Source of the DNA: Eubacteriales bacterium
GTDB lineage: Bacteria > Bacillota > Clostridia > Oscillospirales > JAAYXM01
Assembly (NCBI GenBank): GCA_045586595.1
Contig: JAZNAQ010000035.1
Location: forward strand, 4,310-68,309
Direction of reading: 5' to 3'
Length of the DNA stretch: 64,000 nt
Positions 53,879 to 64,000 of the stretch are shown here, piece by piece. The notes beneath the pieces were generated by a model, which made no database searches, was not told the DNA's origin, and saw only the letters and a program-made list of their open reading frames with translations. Every line of letters starts with the position of its first letter. Within the stretch, counting starts at the first letter, position 1. A program made the position numbers and the translations under genes.

Positions 53879-55789
53879 TTATTCGTTTTCTGTTTTATCT
53901 GATGGAATCTCTGCGTCCGGGATGGCATTTTCGCCGTCTTCGCGCTCAGGAACCTTCTCATCAAACAATGCGTAGAAGTCCTCTGCCTCCATGGTCTCCT
54001 TCTCAAGAAGGAACTTTGCAATCTCATGGAGCTTATCCATATTGTCAGTGAGAATCTGCTCACAGCGCTTATACGCGCCCTCGACAATGGATCTAACCTC
54101 TTCGTCTATAACGCCTGCCATCTCTTCGGAGTAGGCACGCTTTTCGGCAAAATCGCGACCAAGGAACACCTCGTTGTTGTCAGAAGCAAAGCTTATCGGG
54201 CCGAGGCGGTCACTCATGCCGTACTTCGTAACCATATCTCTGGCAATACCGGATGCACGCTGAATATCGTTGGAAGCACCTGTTGAAATGTCATCAAGCA
54301 CAAGCTTTTCTGCAACACGTCCACCAAGGAGCGAAACAATTTCTTCGTTCATGGCAGTCTTTGACTTTGTGTATACGTCCTCACGCGGGAGTGATATTGT
54401 ATAGCCATTTGCCATACCGCGCGGAATTATTGAAATATGGTGTACCGGGTCCTGCGTCGGCAGGAACTTCATTGCAAGCGCATGGCCTGCCTCATGGTAA
54501 GCTACGAGCTTATTCTCGCGCTCACTTCTTACACGGTTTTTCTTTGCCGGGCCTGCGATTATCTTGAGCATTGACTTTTCTATATCGTCCTGCGTCATGC
54601 TCTTATCCCCGCGGCGGGCCGCAAGGAGAGCCGCTTCATTTAATAGGTTTTCAAGATCTGCAGGGGTAAAGCCGCTTGTTGACTTTGCAACAGTCTTAAG
54701 GCTCACGTCGCTGCCAAGCTTCTTTGAGCGGGCGTGAATCTCGAGCACCTTTTCGCGGTCACGCATATCCGGAAGTCCAACATATACCTGACGGTCAAAG
54801 CGGCCGGGGCGCATGAGAGCAGGATCGAGTATATCGGGGCGGTTTGTCGCCGCAATGATAATAACGCCCTCGTTGTTGCCAAAGCCGTCCATCTCAACAA
54901 GGAGCTGGTTAAGGGTCTGCTCACGCTCGTCATGACCGCCGCCGTAACCTGCGCCGCGGTGACGACCTACAGCGTCAATTTCGTCGATGAATATTATAGC
55001 AGGAGCTGCTTTTTTTGCCTGCTCAAACAAGTCACGCACACGCGATGCGCCAACACCGACATACAGCTCAACAAAGTCTGAGCCTGATATAGAAAGGAAC
55101 GGAACACCCGCCTCACCTGCAACCGCTTTAGCAATATATGTTTTACCTGTTCCCGGAGGGCCAACAAGAAGTACGCCCTTAGGGATTCTTGCGCCGATTT
55201 CCGTAAACTTCTTCGGGTCCTTTAAGAAATCGACAATTTCAGCAAGCTCGAGCTTTTCCTCCTCGGCACCTGCTACGTCGGCAAAGGTAACCTTTTTCTT
55301 CTCATCACGGCCATCCTTTGTGCGAGCTTTGCCAAAGCGCATTGTTTTGCTCGCGCCGCCGTCGGCCTTATTGTACATGAAATACCACATAAGACCAATA
55401 ACTACAAACACAAGCACATACGGCAGAAGCATCATCCACCATGGGGTGCCCTCGTCGGGCAGGCGGTCATCGTCAGTAATTATACCGAGTGTGCGCTGCT
55501 CACGCAGAAGCTCACCAACATCAATTCTGAAATCTGCCCGTATCTGCGGGTCTGAAAGGTCAAAATTGATTATCTCCTTCCCTGATGCAAGCGGGCGTTT
55601 GAGCTTCATGGTAAGCAGACCGCCGTCTATAACATATTGTTCTACGTTCTCTGCTTCAAACTGACGAATAACGTCAGCATATGTTATTTTTTCAACATTC
55701 CCACCTTCAAAAAGGAATGAAGCGACAGATACCAATATTGCTATTATAAGTAAAAATAGCAGTATGTCGCGGGTGCTGTTTTTCTTCAA
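53879..55789 (-). CDS. ftsH: ATP-dependent zinc metalloprotease FtsH
   Basis: Two N-terminal TMs, Walker [12 protein letters not shown] region, zinc site HEAGHAL. Confidence 0.95.
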   Translation of the reverse strand: MKKNSTRDILLFLLIIAILVSVASFLFEGGNVEKITYADVIRQFEAENVEQYVIDGGLLTMKLKRPLASGKEIINFDLSDPQIRADFRIDVGELLREQRTLGIITDDDRLPDEGTPWWMMLLPYVLVFVVIGLMWYFMYNKADGGASKTMRFGKARTKDGRDEKKKVTFADVAGAEEEKLELAEIVDFLKDPKKFTEIGARIPKGVLLVGPPGTGKTYIAKAVAGEAGVPFLSISGSDFVELYVGVGASRVRDLFEQAKKAAPAIIFIDEIDAVGRHRGAGYGGGHDEREQTLNQLLVEMDGFGNNEGVIIIAATNRPDILDPALMRPGRFDRQVYVGLPDMRDREKVLEIHARSKKLGSDVSLKTVAKSTSGFTPADLENLLNEAALLAARRGDKSMTQDDIEKSMLKIIAGPAKKNRVRSERENKLVAYHEAGHALAMKFLPTQDPVHHISIIPRGMANGYTISLPREDVYTKSKTAMNEEIVSLLGGRVAEKLVLDDISTGASNDIQRASGIARDMVTKYGMSDRLGPISFASDNNEVFLGRDFAEKRAYSEEMAGVIDEEVRSIVEGAYKRCEQILTDNMDKLHEIAKFLLEKETMEAEDFYALFDEKVPEREDGENAIPDAEIPSDKTENE

Positions 55790-55813
55790 GCGATGTCACA
55801 TCCTTATTCTAAT

Positions 55814-56362
55814 TTATTTTTCGTATACTTCGCGCTTCAGCACGCCTATATACGGAAGATTTCGGTATTTCTCGGCATAGTCAAGACCATAGCCTACAAC
55901 AAACTCGTTCTCTATGTTGTAACCTATAAAGTCAGCCTCAATTTCTACGCGGCGGCGCTCGTCCTTATTCAGAAACACACACAGCGCAACCGACCTCGCT
56001 CCTCTGCTCTTAAGCTCGGGGAGAAGGTTTGAAAGCGTAATGCCAGTGTCAAGAATGTCCTCGACAATTATGACGTCACGCCCGCAAATATCGGTATCCA
56101 TGTCTTTTTTTATGCAGAGCTTTCCAGTACTCTCTGCACCTTTGCCGTAGCTTGAGACCTGCATAAAATCAATCTCACACGGAAAATCAAGCTCGCGTAC
56201 AAGGTCTGCGGTAAATATGAGCGAGCCTTTCAATATACATAATATAAGCGGATTTTTGCCTTCATATGCACACTTGAGCTGATTTGCCAAAGTTTTTACC
56301 TTTTCGGCAATTTCTTCTTTTGTAAATAAAACCTTTGCTATATCGTTTTTCAAAATCCCCAC
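55814..56362 (-). CDS. hpt: hypoxanthine phosphoribosyltransferase
   Basis: PRPP loop VIIVEDILDTGITL. Synteny tilS-hpt-ftsH. Confidence 0.9.
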   Translation of the reverse strand: MGILKNDIAKVLFTKEEIAEKVKTLANQLKCAYEGKNPLILCILKGSLIFTADLVRELDFPCEIDFMQVSSYGKGAESTGKLCIKKDMDTDICGRDVIIVEDILDTGITLSNLLPELKSRGARSVALCVFLNKDERRRVEIEADFIGYNIENEFVVGYGLDYAEKYRNLPYIGVLKREVYEK

Positions 56363-56365
56363 ACC

Positions 56366-57709
56366 CTAATCTATTCCTATAATAAAAACTTCACTATCGT
56401 CTTTTGGAAGATACCTTTCGTCCTGCCCTAAACCGAAAACTGCAAAAACCTTTTCATCATCTGCAATTACGGGGATTTCGTTTCTGAAGTTTTTAGGTAT
56501 GCGTTTTTCTATAAATATCTTCTTAAGGCTCTTGTTCGGGCGCTTTACTGTTTTTATCTCATCGCCCTCTTGTCTGCTTCTTATTACCAAATCACCTTGT
56601 ATTCTATCACACGCGATGATAAAAGTATTTACGGAATTATTAATTTTTCCGACTTTTTCCTCTTTTTTCACAGAGACAGTGTGTTCGCCGTAATTAAAGT
56701 CGCCTTCAGCGAGCTTTATTGGCAAAAGCTCTATTGTCTCTGTTTTTTTCTCAAACACAACATTCTCATATTCGCAGCGGACACAAAGCCCCTCGGGTAG
56801 ATCTATTGACTTTGACGGAAACCTACCTTCGCACAGCTGCCGTATATCGGATATATGGCAAAACTCAAGCGTATACTCCGAAACACCGAGTGCTCGCTTT
56901 GCGAAAATCTCACACACACGCGCAAAGAGCGCATTGTGGATACAAAACAGGTCTTGCCTTCTGCATGATATTGAGCTAAGTGCAATTTCTTCTGCCGCGT
57001 TGCGGGCAGCTTCTTCAAGAAACTGTGCTTCAGCCCTCAATATTTTTGAGGATCGCGCAGCATTTTGGACTGCTCTTGGGTTTATCTCAACGAGGACCGG
57101 AACTGCTTGATGCCGTATTTTATTTCTCGAATAAACAGTATCAGCGTTTGTCTTATCTTCACAAAAGCCGATATTATTTTTTGAAATATAGCTTTCAATC
57201 TCTTCGCGCGACACTTCAATAATCGGGCGAATTATATCGTCACGCACTGGGGGTATTCCGCAAATGCCGTCAATTCCGCCGCCGCGTGAGATGTTAAACA
57301 AAACCGTTTCGAGGTTGTCATTTGCGTTATGAGCGGTAGCAATCTTCGCCGCACCAAACTCCTTCTTTGCACGGCGCAAAAAGTCATACCTTATGTTTCT
57401 CGCCGCAAGCTCAACCGACTGGCCGAGCTCTTTTGCCTTTGCCGCAACATCTGCCCGCTCGCATATAATCGGAATGCCGTAGCTCGCGCACTTCTCCTGA
57501 ACAAAGGCCTCGTCATTCATCGCATCTTCTCCGCGAAGCATATGGTTAAGATGCGCTGCACAGACTGTAATGCCGAGCCGCTCCGAGTTCTTTACAAGCA
57601 CATCCAAAAGTGCTGACGAGTCTGCCCCGCCGGAAAGCGCGCAGAGCACGCGCTCACCCCGAAGAAGCATGTTATTCTCTTCTATTGTCTTTAAAATCTT
57701 AGTAACCAT
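56366..57709 (-). CDS. tilS: tRNA(Ile)-lysidine synthase
   Basis: PP-loop SGGADSSAL. Start set to ATG 57709 (MVTKILK), giving an 11-nt overlap with the dnaB 3' end. Confidence 0.85.
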   Translation of the reverse strand: MVTKILKTIEENNMLLRGERVLCALSGGADSSALLDVLVKNSERLGITVCAAHLNHMLRGEDAMNDEAFVQEKCASYGIPIICERADVAAKAKELGQSVELAARNIRYDFLRRAKKEFGAAKIATAHNANDNLETVLFNISRGGGIDGICGIPPVRDDIIRPIIEVSREEIESYISKNNIGFCEDKTNADTVYSRNKIRHQAVPVLVEINPRAVQNAARSSKILRAEAQFLEEAARNAAEEIALSSISCRRQDLFCIHNALFARVCEIFAKRALGVSEYTLEFCHISDIRQLCEGRFPSKSIDLPEGLCVRCEYENVVFEKKTETIELLPIKLAEGDFNYGEHTVSVKKEEKVGKINNSVNTFIIACDRIQGDLVIRSRQEGDEIKTVKRPNKSLKKIFIEKRIPKNFRNEIPVIADDEKVFAVFGLGQDERYLPKDDSEVFIIGID

Positions 57710-59012
57710 GTGAATTATCAATAGACGTGAATTTTGTATACTTTCCGTCCCAATGCAGGTCTATATCTCCCGTACTGCCGTGGCGGTTCTTCTCAATGAG
57801 AAGTTTAACCGTTTCAGGAGTTTCGGGGTTTTCTCTGTACAAAATCATAACAACGTCTGCGTCCTGCTCAATCGCACCAGATTCACGAAGGTCCGAAAGG
57901 CGCGGGCGGCGCTCCTGCTTATCACTGCTTCGAGATAGCTGCGAAAGGCAGAGTATCGGTACATTTAAGTCTTTCGCCATGATTTTGAGTGCACGCGAAA
58001 TTGCCGCGACCTCATTTGCGCGAGTGTCACTGCGAACACCAGACTGCACAAGCTGAAGATAGTCGATTATAACAAGGCCTATATCCTCATTGAGTCTGCG
58101 GCATTTCGCCTTCATCTCACTTACGGTTATGCCGGTAGCATCTGCAAGATAAATCTTTGTGTTTGCAAGAGTCTCTGACGCGTGTGCGATTGCTACCCAC
58201 TCATCCTCACTGAGCATGCCGGTGCGAAGCTTTCTTGAATCTATAAGCGCCTCACCCGCAATCAGGCGCAGGGCAAGCTGCTCATTCGACATTTCTAGAG
58301 AGAATACAACAACTGCCTTACCGGAAGACTTTGCAGCATTCGCACATATATTAAGCGCAAAGCTTGTTTTACCGACACCGGTGTTTGCCGCAAGAATTAT
58401 AAAGTCTGAGTCGTTAAGCCCGGACAGGAATGTATCTACAGACGAAAAGCCTGTCGGGACTCCGGGTAGTTTACCCGCATTCTTGGCGAGGTTTCCGAGA
58501 TGGGCATATGTATTCTCCAAAACATCGCGTATCGGAGAAATCCCCTTACTCTTTTTCTCGCTTCTTATCTCATATATCTTCTGCTCAGCAAACTCAACGA
58601 CATAATCGGCCTCGCCCTCACCCGACGCTATTACCTCATGTATCTCAGCGGTTGTTTCGTCAAGATTTCTGAGCACAGCTTTATCGCGCACTATCTTTAT
58701 GTACTGCGCTACATTCACCGCCGTCGGCGTAATATCCAAAAGCTTTAGAATATACGCTCTGCCGCCTGCCGCGTCAAGAGAGCCGCGAACTGTCAGCTTA
58801 TCAATAACTGTGACCGGGTCTATCGTTTCATTGAGTGTAAACATACTCTGTATCGCTTCAAAAATCGCCTTATTCTGTGATATATAAAAATCCTCTGTAC
58901 GAAGATGCTCCATTACCTCCGGAACACAGCGAGGATCTAAGAGCATTGAGCCGAGCTCCGACTGCTCCGCCTCTACATTGTGCGGAAGTCTTGCCCCAAT
59001 AAGCTCGTCCAT
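57699..59012 (-). CDS. dnaB: replicative DNA helicase (DnaB family)
   Basis: N-terminal LPHNVEAEQSELGSMLLDP, Walker A ANTGVGKTSFALN, Walker B VIIDYLQL. Confidence 0.95.
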   Translation of the reverse strand: MDELIGARLPHNVEAEQSELGSMLLDPRCVPEVMEHLRTEDFYISQNKAIFEAIQSMFTLNETIDPVTVIDKLTVRGSLDAAGGRAYILKLLDITPTAVNVAQYIKIVRDKAVLRNLDETTAEIHEVIASGEGEADYVVEFAEQKIYEIRSEKKSKGISPIRDVLENTYAHLGNLAKNAGKLPGVPTGFSSVDTFLSGLNDSDFIILAANTGVGKTSFALNICANAAKSSGKAVVVFSLEMSNEQLALRLIAGEALIDSRKLRTGMLSEDEWVAIAHASETLANTKIYLADATGITVSEMKAKCRRLNEDIGLVIIDYLQLVQSGVRSDTRANEVAAISRALKIMAKDLNVPILCLSQLSRSSDKQERRPRLSDLRESGAIEQDADVVMILYRENPETPETVKLLIEKNRHGSTGDIDLHWDGKYTKFTSIDNSHGY

Positions 59013-59056
59013 AGCATTTCCTCCCTAAGGCAACATGCCGTTTTTTAGTGCAGAAA

Positions 59057-59503
59057 TTACGCTTCTTTTACCATCACGCGAAGCTTCCCGCTAACTTCGG
59101 GGTAAAGCTTTGCCTTTACCTCATATGTGCCGAACTGCTTGATATTTTCATCAAGCACTATTTTGTGGCGGTCAATCTCAATTTTGTGCTGAGCTTTGAG
59201 CGCATCTGAAATATCAGCCGCAGTTATTGAGCCAAAAAGTCTGCCGTTTGCTCCTGCCTTTGCAGTAATTTCAACTACCTTTTCGCGAAGCTCCTCAGCA
59301 AGTTCCTGTGCCGCCGCTTTTTCGCGGGCGAGCCTTGCAAGCTCTGCCTCTTCTTTAAGCTTTGCAGTATTTAAGTTATCTGCTGTTGCTTCTTTTGCAA
59401 GATTCTTAGGGAAAAGAAAGTTTCTTGCATATCCGTCAGAAACAGTGACTATCTGTCCTTTCTTACCCTTGCCCTTAACATCTGCATTTAGAATTACTTT
59501 CAC
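59057..59503 (-). CDS. rplI: 50S ribosomal protein L9
   Basis: [32 protein letters not shown]. 148 aa. Confidence 0.95.
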   Translation of the reverse strand: MKVILNADVKGKGKKGQIVTVSDGYARNFLFPKNLAKEATADNLNTAKLKEEAELARLAREKAAAQELAEELREKVVEITAKAGANGRLFGSITAADISDALKAQHKIEIDRHKIVLDENIKQFGTYEVKAKLYPEVSGKLRVMVKEA

Positions 59504-59520
59504 TTTGTTTTACCTCCATA

Positions 59521-61503
59521 TTAACCGAGAACATCATCAATAGCACTTGTAAGCTCGTCTGATACCTCGTCTAACTTTTTATTTGTAACCTGTGCGCCAG
59601 CAGTGTCAAAATGACCTCCGCCGCCAAGCTTTTCAAGGATTACCTGTACGTTTATCTCACCGAGAGAGCGCGCAGACACTATTACGCTATCTGGTTCACG
59701 GTAAAGCACAAACGATGCCTGAACACCGCGAATTGAGAGCAGCTCATCTGCTGCCTGTGCCGCAATCTTTCGTGTGCTTGTTCCGTTATACTCAACTATC
59801 GCAACCTTGTCGCGATACATACGCGCAAGTTTTACCATCTCGGCGCGTTTTACATAGGTTTCTATGTCGTCCTGGAGTATGCGTTTAAGCTCTGTGGTGT
59901 CTGCCCCTGCGCGGCGCAAGTATGCCGCCGCCTCAAAGGTTCGTACACCCGTTTTCATCGTGAACTTCTTGGTGTCTATAACGATACCCGACAAAATCGC
60001 TTCTGCCTCAGCGTGAAGGATGTCACGGGTTTCTACTATATACTGCAGAAGCTCCGTTACAAGCTCACAGGTGCTTGAGGCATACGGCTCGTGGAAATTA
60101 AGCACCGCACCGTCTATATAGTCCGTTCCTCGTCGGTGATGGTCGATAACCGCTATTTTGTTTGCTGATTCAAGCAAGGTCTCCGACTCAACCACAGACT
60201 TTCTGTTTGTATCTACTACTACAACAAGCGTGTCGCTGTCCGCCTCAATAAGCGCATCCTCAGCGCTTATAAAAGCCCCGTCGTACTCTTGTTCTGCGCG
60301 AATTTTCTTAACGAGGGCATCTGCGCTTGCCTTCTGCCCTATTATAATGGATGCGCTCTTTCCTATTTTTCTTGCTATACACGCAATTCCGACCGCCGCA
60401 CCGATGCTGTCGTTATCCGCGTTCTTGTGCCCCATTATCATAACGCCGGAGCTATCGCGGATAAGGCCTGCAAGTGCGTTTGCCATAACGCGCGACTTTA
60501 CCTTTGTTCTTTTCTCGAGCTCTTGGGAACGCCCACCGAAAAACTCAAAATTGTATTTATTGCGTATAACAGCCTGGTCGCCGCCGCGAGAAAGCGCCAT
60601 ATCTATAGCAAGGCGGGCATTGCGGTGATTTTCTTTAAAGCTTTGGCCGTCCTTGCCGATACCTATACTGAGAGTTACCTTTATGCCGTTCTTACTCTCA
60701 ATTTCACGCACCGAGTCAAGTATTGCAAACCGCGATGCAGTGTACTCCTCAAGGTGGCACTGTTCAAAAATGTATATATATTTATCTCGCTCATATTTTA
60801 TGAATATGCCGTTTGCCGGAGCTGTCCACCCCGCGAGCTTTTTATCAACCTCAGCAACTATCATTGAACGCTCTGCGTCGTTTAATCCGTTCATAATCTC
60901 GGCATAGTTGTCAATCATAATAACCGAAACTGTCTGAAGTGCGTTTTCAAACTGAGTTATGCTTCTTGAGTATTCTGTAATGTCAAGCCAATACAGCGTC
61001 GCAAGCACTGCACCTTTTTCAGCCTCGTCACTTCTGAAAAGGTTTCCGTACACACGGTAAATCTTATCGCTTATCTCGACCTCATGGGGGCATTCGTTCT
61101 TCCCTTCTATTATCCAGCCAATCTCAAATTCCGGGATAAGGTCAAAAAGGTGTTGTTCGAAAATATGCTCACGGGCGTCTACCATTTCCTCAAAAGCTGA
61201 ATTTGCCCATATGAGCTCGTTTGTGTCAAGCTTTATAACAGCCGTAGCCATAGGGAAGTTTACGGTTGAATCTTTATTTGCACGGTTTATATCCGTCATT
61301 GTTTCTTCTATATATTTGCGAACTTCTTTTGCGCGCTTTTTCGAAGCCAACGCAAAAATTATATATACTGCCGCACACAGCACAAGCTCAACTATTGCTA
61401 CGCGTATGTCTGCAACAAAAAACGATGCTACAGAAAACAAGAACAGCATAACAAAACACAGGCGAAACCTCGGCTCAAGCGCCTTGAAAAAATGCTTGTT
61501 CAT
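59521..61503 (-). CDS. gdpP: GdpP/YybT-type DHH-DHHA1 phosphodiesterase (c-di-AMP phosphodiesterase-like)
   Basis: Two N-terminal TMs, PAS-like and degenerate GGDEF regions, DHH (VIDHHRR), DHHA1 (LGGGGHFDTAGAQ). Synteny gdpP-rplI-dnaB. Start is uncertain: ATG 61503, ATG 61515 or TTG 61536. Confidence 0.8.
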   Translation of the reverse strand: MNKHFFKALEPRFRLCFVMLFLFSVASFFVADIRVAIVELVLCAAVYIIFALASKKRAKEVRKYIEETMTDINRANKDSTVNFPMATAVIKLDTNELIWANSAFEEMVDAREHIFEQHLFDLIPEFEIGWIIEGKNECPHEVEISDKIYRVYGNLFRSDEAEKGAVLATLYWLDITEYSRSITQFENALQTVSVIMIDNYAEIMNGLNDAERSMIVAEVDKKLAGWTAPANGIFIKYERDKYIYIFEQCHLEEYTASRFAILDSVREIESKNGIKVTLSIGIGKDGQSFKENHRNARLAIDMALSRGGDQAVIRNKYNFEFFGGRSQELEKRTKVKSRVMANALAGLIRDSSGVMIMGHKNADNDSIGAAVGIACIARKIGKSASIIIGQKASADALVKKIRAEQEYDGAFISAEDALIEADSDTLVVVVDTNRKSVVESETLLESANKIAVIDHHRRGTDYIDGAVLNFHEPYASSTCELVTELLQYIVETRDILHAEAEAILSGIVIDTKKFTMKTGVRTFEAAAYLRRAGADTTELKRILQDDIETYVKRAEMVKLARMYRDKVAIVEYNGTSTRKIAAQAADELLSIRGVQASFVLYREPDSVIVSARSLGEINVQVILEKLGGGGHFDTAGAQVTNKKLDEVSDELTSAIDDVLG

Positions 61504-61678
61504 TTGTCGGCACATCCTTTCACTAAAAAATGACAAAACTGTTGTATAGTATAGTATATCACAAACATTTCATAATGTCTATTTAATATGTATAAATTTT
61601 TAATTTTAGCAAAAAGCTTTACCTTTTATCCAATCAGTGGTAAACTTATATCAAAAGACACAAAAGGGAGGCGGTCGC

Positions 61679-62806
61679 TTGTCAGGTATCTTACGCTCAA
61701 TGAGAAACTTTTTCCGCCAGATTGACCTAAAGCTTCTTGCCGTTGCGCTTGCAGCATCGGTCTTCGGCATTATTCTGATAGCCAGCGCAACCCAGAGCAT
61801 GGGCAGCTCAAGCTACATCAAAGTACAGCTTGCCGCAACTGTGGTCGGCATACTGCTTTATCTTATGCTGTCTTGGCTTGACCTTGACTCGGTAAGTTCG
61901 TGGTGGAAATATGTATATATTGCAAATCTCCTGCTTATATGCTCTCTCATTTTTTTCGGAACCGGCAGTGAGCAGACGGGCAACCGCGCATGGATTCGCT
62001 TCGGTTCTATAGGCATACAACCCGCAGAGTTGGGTAAAATTCTTTTCATTGTAGCATTTGCTGGGCATATCAACTCGCTTCACGACAGGCTCGACTCGCC
62101 TTTCTCTGTTATTATTCTCGGAATACACGCGCTTATTCCAATAGGCCTTATATACGTCGTTTCCTCTGACCTCGGCTCTGCACTCGTATATATTGTCATA
62201 TTTATTGTTATGATGTTCTGCGCAGGAATAAAGCTCCGCTGGTTTGCCGGCGCATTTCTCGCACTCGGTGCAGCCTCTCCCCTTATATGGAAATTCTTTC
62301 TGCGAGAAGACCAGAAAATGCGTGTTCTTGTAGTCTTTAACCCTGAGCTCGACCCATTAGGGCGTGGGTATCACGCTATACAGAGCAAAATTGCAATAGG
62401 CTCAGGTCAATTATTAGGCCGTGGGCTAGGAGAAGGGACGCAAACCCAGCTCGGGTATCTGCCCGCCAAACAGACCGACTTTATTTTTTCTGTTGCGGGC
62501 GAAGAACTCGGCTTTGTCGGGTGTGTTTTAATAATCATAATCCTCGGCCTTGTAATTGCTCGATGTGTTTCCATGACAATGCGCTCATCGTCACTTTCAT
62601 CGCATTTGATTTGCGCCGGCGTTTCGGCAATGCTCATAGCTCAGACGATTGAAAACATCGGTATGTGCACAGGTCTAATGCCGGTTATCGGCCTCACTCT
62701 CCCGCTCTTTTCCTATGGCGGTTCAAGCGTTCTCGCCGTTTATATGGCACTCGGGCTTATAAGCTCTGCACGCATGCGCGCTGTTCCCTCACGTCTTTCA
62801 AACTAA
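61679..62806 (+). CDS. SEDS family protein (FtsW/RodA/SpoVE)
   Basis: About 10 TMs with the conserved tail LPLFSYGGSS. Start probably TTG 61679, 7 nt after GGGAGG (alternatives ATG 61700, GTG 61637). Confidence 0.85.
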   Translation: MSGILRSMRNFFRQIDLKLLAVALAASVFGIILIASATQSMGSSSYIKVQLAATVVGILLYLMLSWLDLDSVSSWWKYVYIANLLLICSLIFFGTGSEQTGNRAWIRFGSIGIQPAELGKILFIVAFAGHINSLHDRLDSPFSVIILGIHALIPIGLIYVVSSDLGSALVYIVIFIVMMFCAGIKLRWFAGAFLALGAASPLIWKFFLREDQKMRVLVVFNPELDPLGRGYHAIQSKIAIGSGQLLGRGLGEGTQTQLGYLPAKQTDFIFSVAGEELGFVGCVLIIIILGLVIARCVSMTMRSSSLSSHLICAGVSAMLIAQTIENIGMCTGLMPVIGLTLPLFSYGGSSVLAVYMALGLISSARMRAVPSRLSN

Positions 62807-62818
62807 GGAGTTATAAAT

Positions 62819-63496
62819 ATGCTTTCAAAGTACGATATTATTCTGTTTGACTCAGACAACACGATTTATGACCACAACATCCATGAACGAAGTGCTATCT
62901 TCGAGGCATTTGAGCAGTATGGCGAGCCAATCACCGAAGAAATGTACCTTCTCTACCGAAAGATAAATGATGATATATGGAAAGAGTTCGAGCGCGGGAT
63001 CAAGCATGAGAAAGGGCCTCTTATTGAGCGGTTTGTGCGTTTTTCAAAGCTAACAGGAACAGCCATCGTGCCGAATCGTATAAACGAGCTGTATGTTGAG
63101 GCTCTCTCACGGCAATGTTCGCCCTTTCCTGATTCGTTTGAAGTATGCAAAGCGCTCTCAACACGACACACACTGTATATCATAACAAACGGCACCGAAA
63201 GTGTCCAGCTTCGCAGGTTTAACTCAAGCCCTCTCCGCCCGTTCTTTACTGATATTTTCACTGCGGCGGGAATAGGTGTTCAGAAGCCCAAGAAAGAGTT
63301 TTTCGAGCGCGTGTTCTCGCGCATCGGAAACCCCGACCCCGACCGTGTAATTATCATCGGCGACTCGCTCACCTCAGATATTCTCGGCGGCGTAAATTCC
63401 GGGATTGACACTTGCTGGTTTAATCCCGAGCGCAAGAAAAACCCAATGGACTTTTCGCCTACATATGAGATAGATGACTTAAAAAAGCTTTTGTAA
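62819..63496 (+). CDS. HAD-IA family hydrolase (YjjG-like nucleotidase type)
   Basis: Motif I FDSDNT (DxDxT). Motif IV IIGDSLTSDILGG. Confidence 0.8.
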   Translation: MLSKYDIILFDSDNTIYDHNIHERSAIFEAFEQYGEPITEEMYLLYRKINDDIWKEFERGIKHEKGPLIERFVRFSKLTGTAIVPNRINELYVEALSRQCSPFPDSFEVCKALSTRHTLYIITNGTESVQLRRFNSSPLRPFFTDIFTAAGIGVQKPKKEFFERVFSRIGNPDPDRVIIIGDSLTSDILGGVNSGIDTCWFNPERKKNPMDFSPTYEIDDLKKLL

Positions 63497-63501
63497 ATTA
63501 T

Positions 63502-63540
63502 CAGTCCCACTCGTTAAATCCGAGTGGGACTGTTCTATTT
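63502..63540. terminator. bidirectional terminator
   Basis: 12-bp stem CAGTCCCACTCG/CGAGTGGGACTG (63502-63513/63521-63532). Confidence 0.7.
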
Positions 63541-64000
63541 TACATCAAGTTCTGATTTTGTTTCTCTTATTACAATATCGGAGAGCAGAATTATCGCAAT
63601 TAAGTTTGGTATCATCATTATGCCGTTGAACATATCCGCAAGCTCCCATACGCTCTCAACACGAAGAATAGCGCCAAGCGCTACAGCCAGCACGAAAAGT
63701 GCCTTATAAGTATTTTTTGCATATGTATTTTCGCGTGTCAAATAAGATACACATCTTTCTCCGTAGTAGGACCACCCGAGTATTGTTGACAGTGCAAACA
63801 AAACAGTTGCAACGCCGATGAAGGTTCCCCCGAAATCCCCGAGGAACTTTGTAAAAGCAAGTGTAACAAGCTCAGCACCTGAAACATCGCCCGTGTGATA
63901 ACCCGAGCTTACAATAACCACAGCTGTTACTGTACACACTACAATAGTATCAACAAACACTTCAAACATACCCCAAAAGCCTTGTCTCACAGGGCTTTTG
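63535..64000 (-). CDS. alanine/glycine:cation symporter (AGCS) family, C-terminal part (5' end outside window)
   Basis: Frame is open to the window edge (KSPMRQGFWGMFEVFVDTIVVCT...), followed by hydrophobic TM segments typical of sodium:alanine symporters. Confidence 0.75.
   Translation of the reverse strand, partial: KSPVRQGFWGMFEVFVDTIVVCTVTAVVIVSSGYHTGDVSGAELVTLAFTKFLGDFGGTFIGVATVLFALSTILGWSYYGERCVSYLTRENTYAKNTYKALFVLAVALGAILRVESVWELADMFNGIMMIPNLIAIILLSDIVIRETKSELDVK

Noticed and set aside
1-64000. Prophage, transposon, integrative element or defence island signatures (integrase, transposase, restriction/abortive-infection ATPases, reverse transcriptase, toxin-antitoxin pairs)
   Set aside because: None of the ORFs of 60 aa or longer show such motifs. 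The tRNA pair at 5481-5638 has no adjacent integrase or att-like repeat. The XRE gene has no toxin-like partner.

Overview
This 64-kb chromosomal window comes from a spore-forming Firmicute of class Clostridia. My guess is an Oscillospiraceae/Ruminococcaceae-like anaerobe, based on spoIIP, yabP/yabQ, yqfC/yqfD, an [FeFe]-hydrogenase and roughly 50% GC judged by eye. I count about 62 protein genes plus 2 tRNAs, with about 80% of genes on the minus strand.

The content is mostly housekeeping, arranged in blocks syntenic with Bacillus subtilis:
- yabM-mazG-yabO-yabP-yabQ-divIC-yabR plus hup (8.3-13.0 kb)
- recJ-relA-dtd-MBL-hemZ-like-kinase (14.8-22.6 kb)
- purA, wecC, cysteine desulfurase and an ACP
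- feoA-feoB, alaS-hit and pstSCAB-phoU
- yqfC-yqfD-phoH-ybeY-dgkA-rlmD-dus (46.4-52.1 kb)
- gdpP-rplI-dnaB-tilS-hpt-ftsH (53.9-61.5 kb)

I found no CRISPR array, transposase, integrase, prophage or recognisable defence genes.

The only clearly accessory segment is an AT-rich 3.9-kb cassette at 27.7-31.6 kb, bracketed by bidirectional terminators. It holds:
- a 73-aa XRE regulator
- two 19-bp palindromic operators laid over divergent promoters
- a 1109-aa secreted BspA-type LRR protein with an unrecognised ~415-aa central domain
- a 52-aa ORF that is absent from the ORF track and starts 12 nt after the LRR gene

This cassette is my best candidate for an undescribed system, but its function is unknown.

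Other items worth a second look:
- a feo operon extended by a Cys-rich mini-protein, also absent from the track, and a TAATG-coupled HMA metallochaperone-like gene
- a 280-bp intergenic element bounded by 27-bp inverted repeats downstream of ftsH
- a 5'-truncated LbH/gamma-CA gene remnant fused directly behind phoU
- an apparently circularly permuted SBP lipoprotein
- an orphan processive GT2 synthase
- mnmE sitting directly behind a tRNA pair and a terminator-like hairpin

All family calls come from motif recognition and memory. No database search or computation was run. Start codons were adjusted by hand where a Shine-Dalgarno or homology argument existed.
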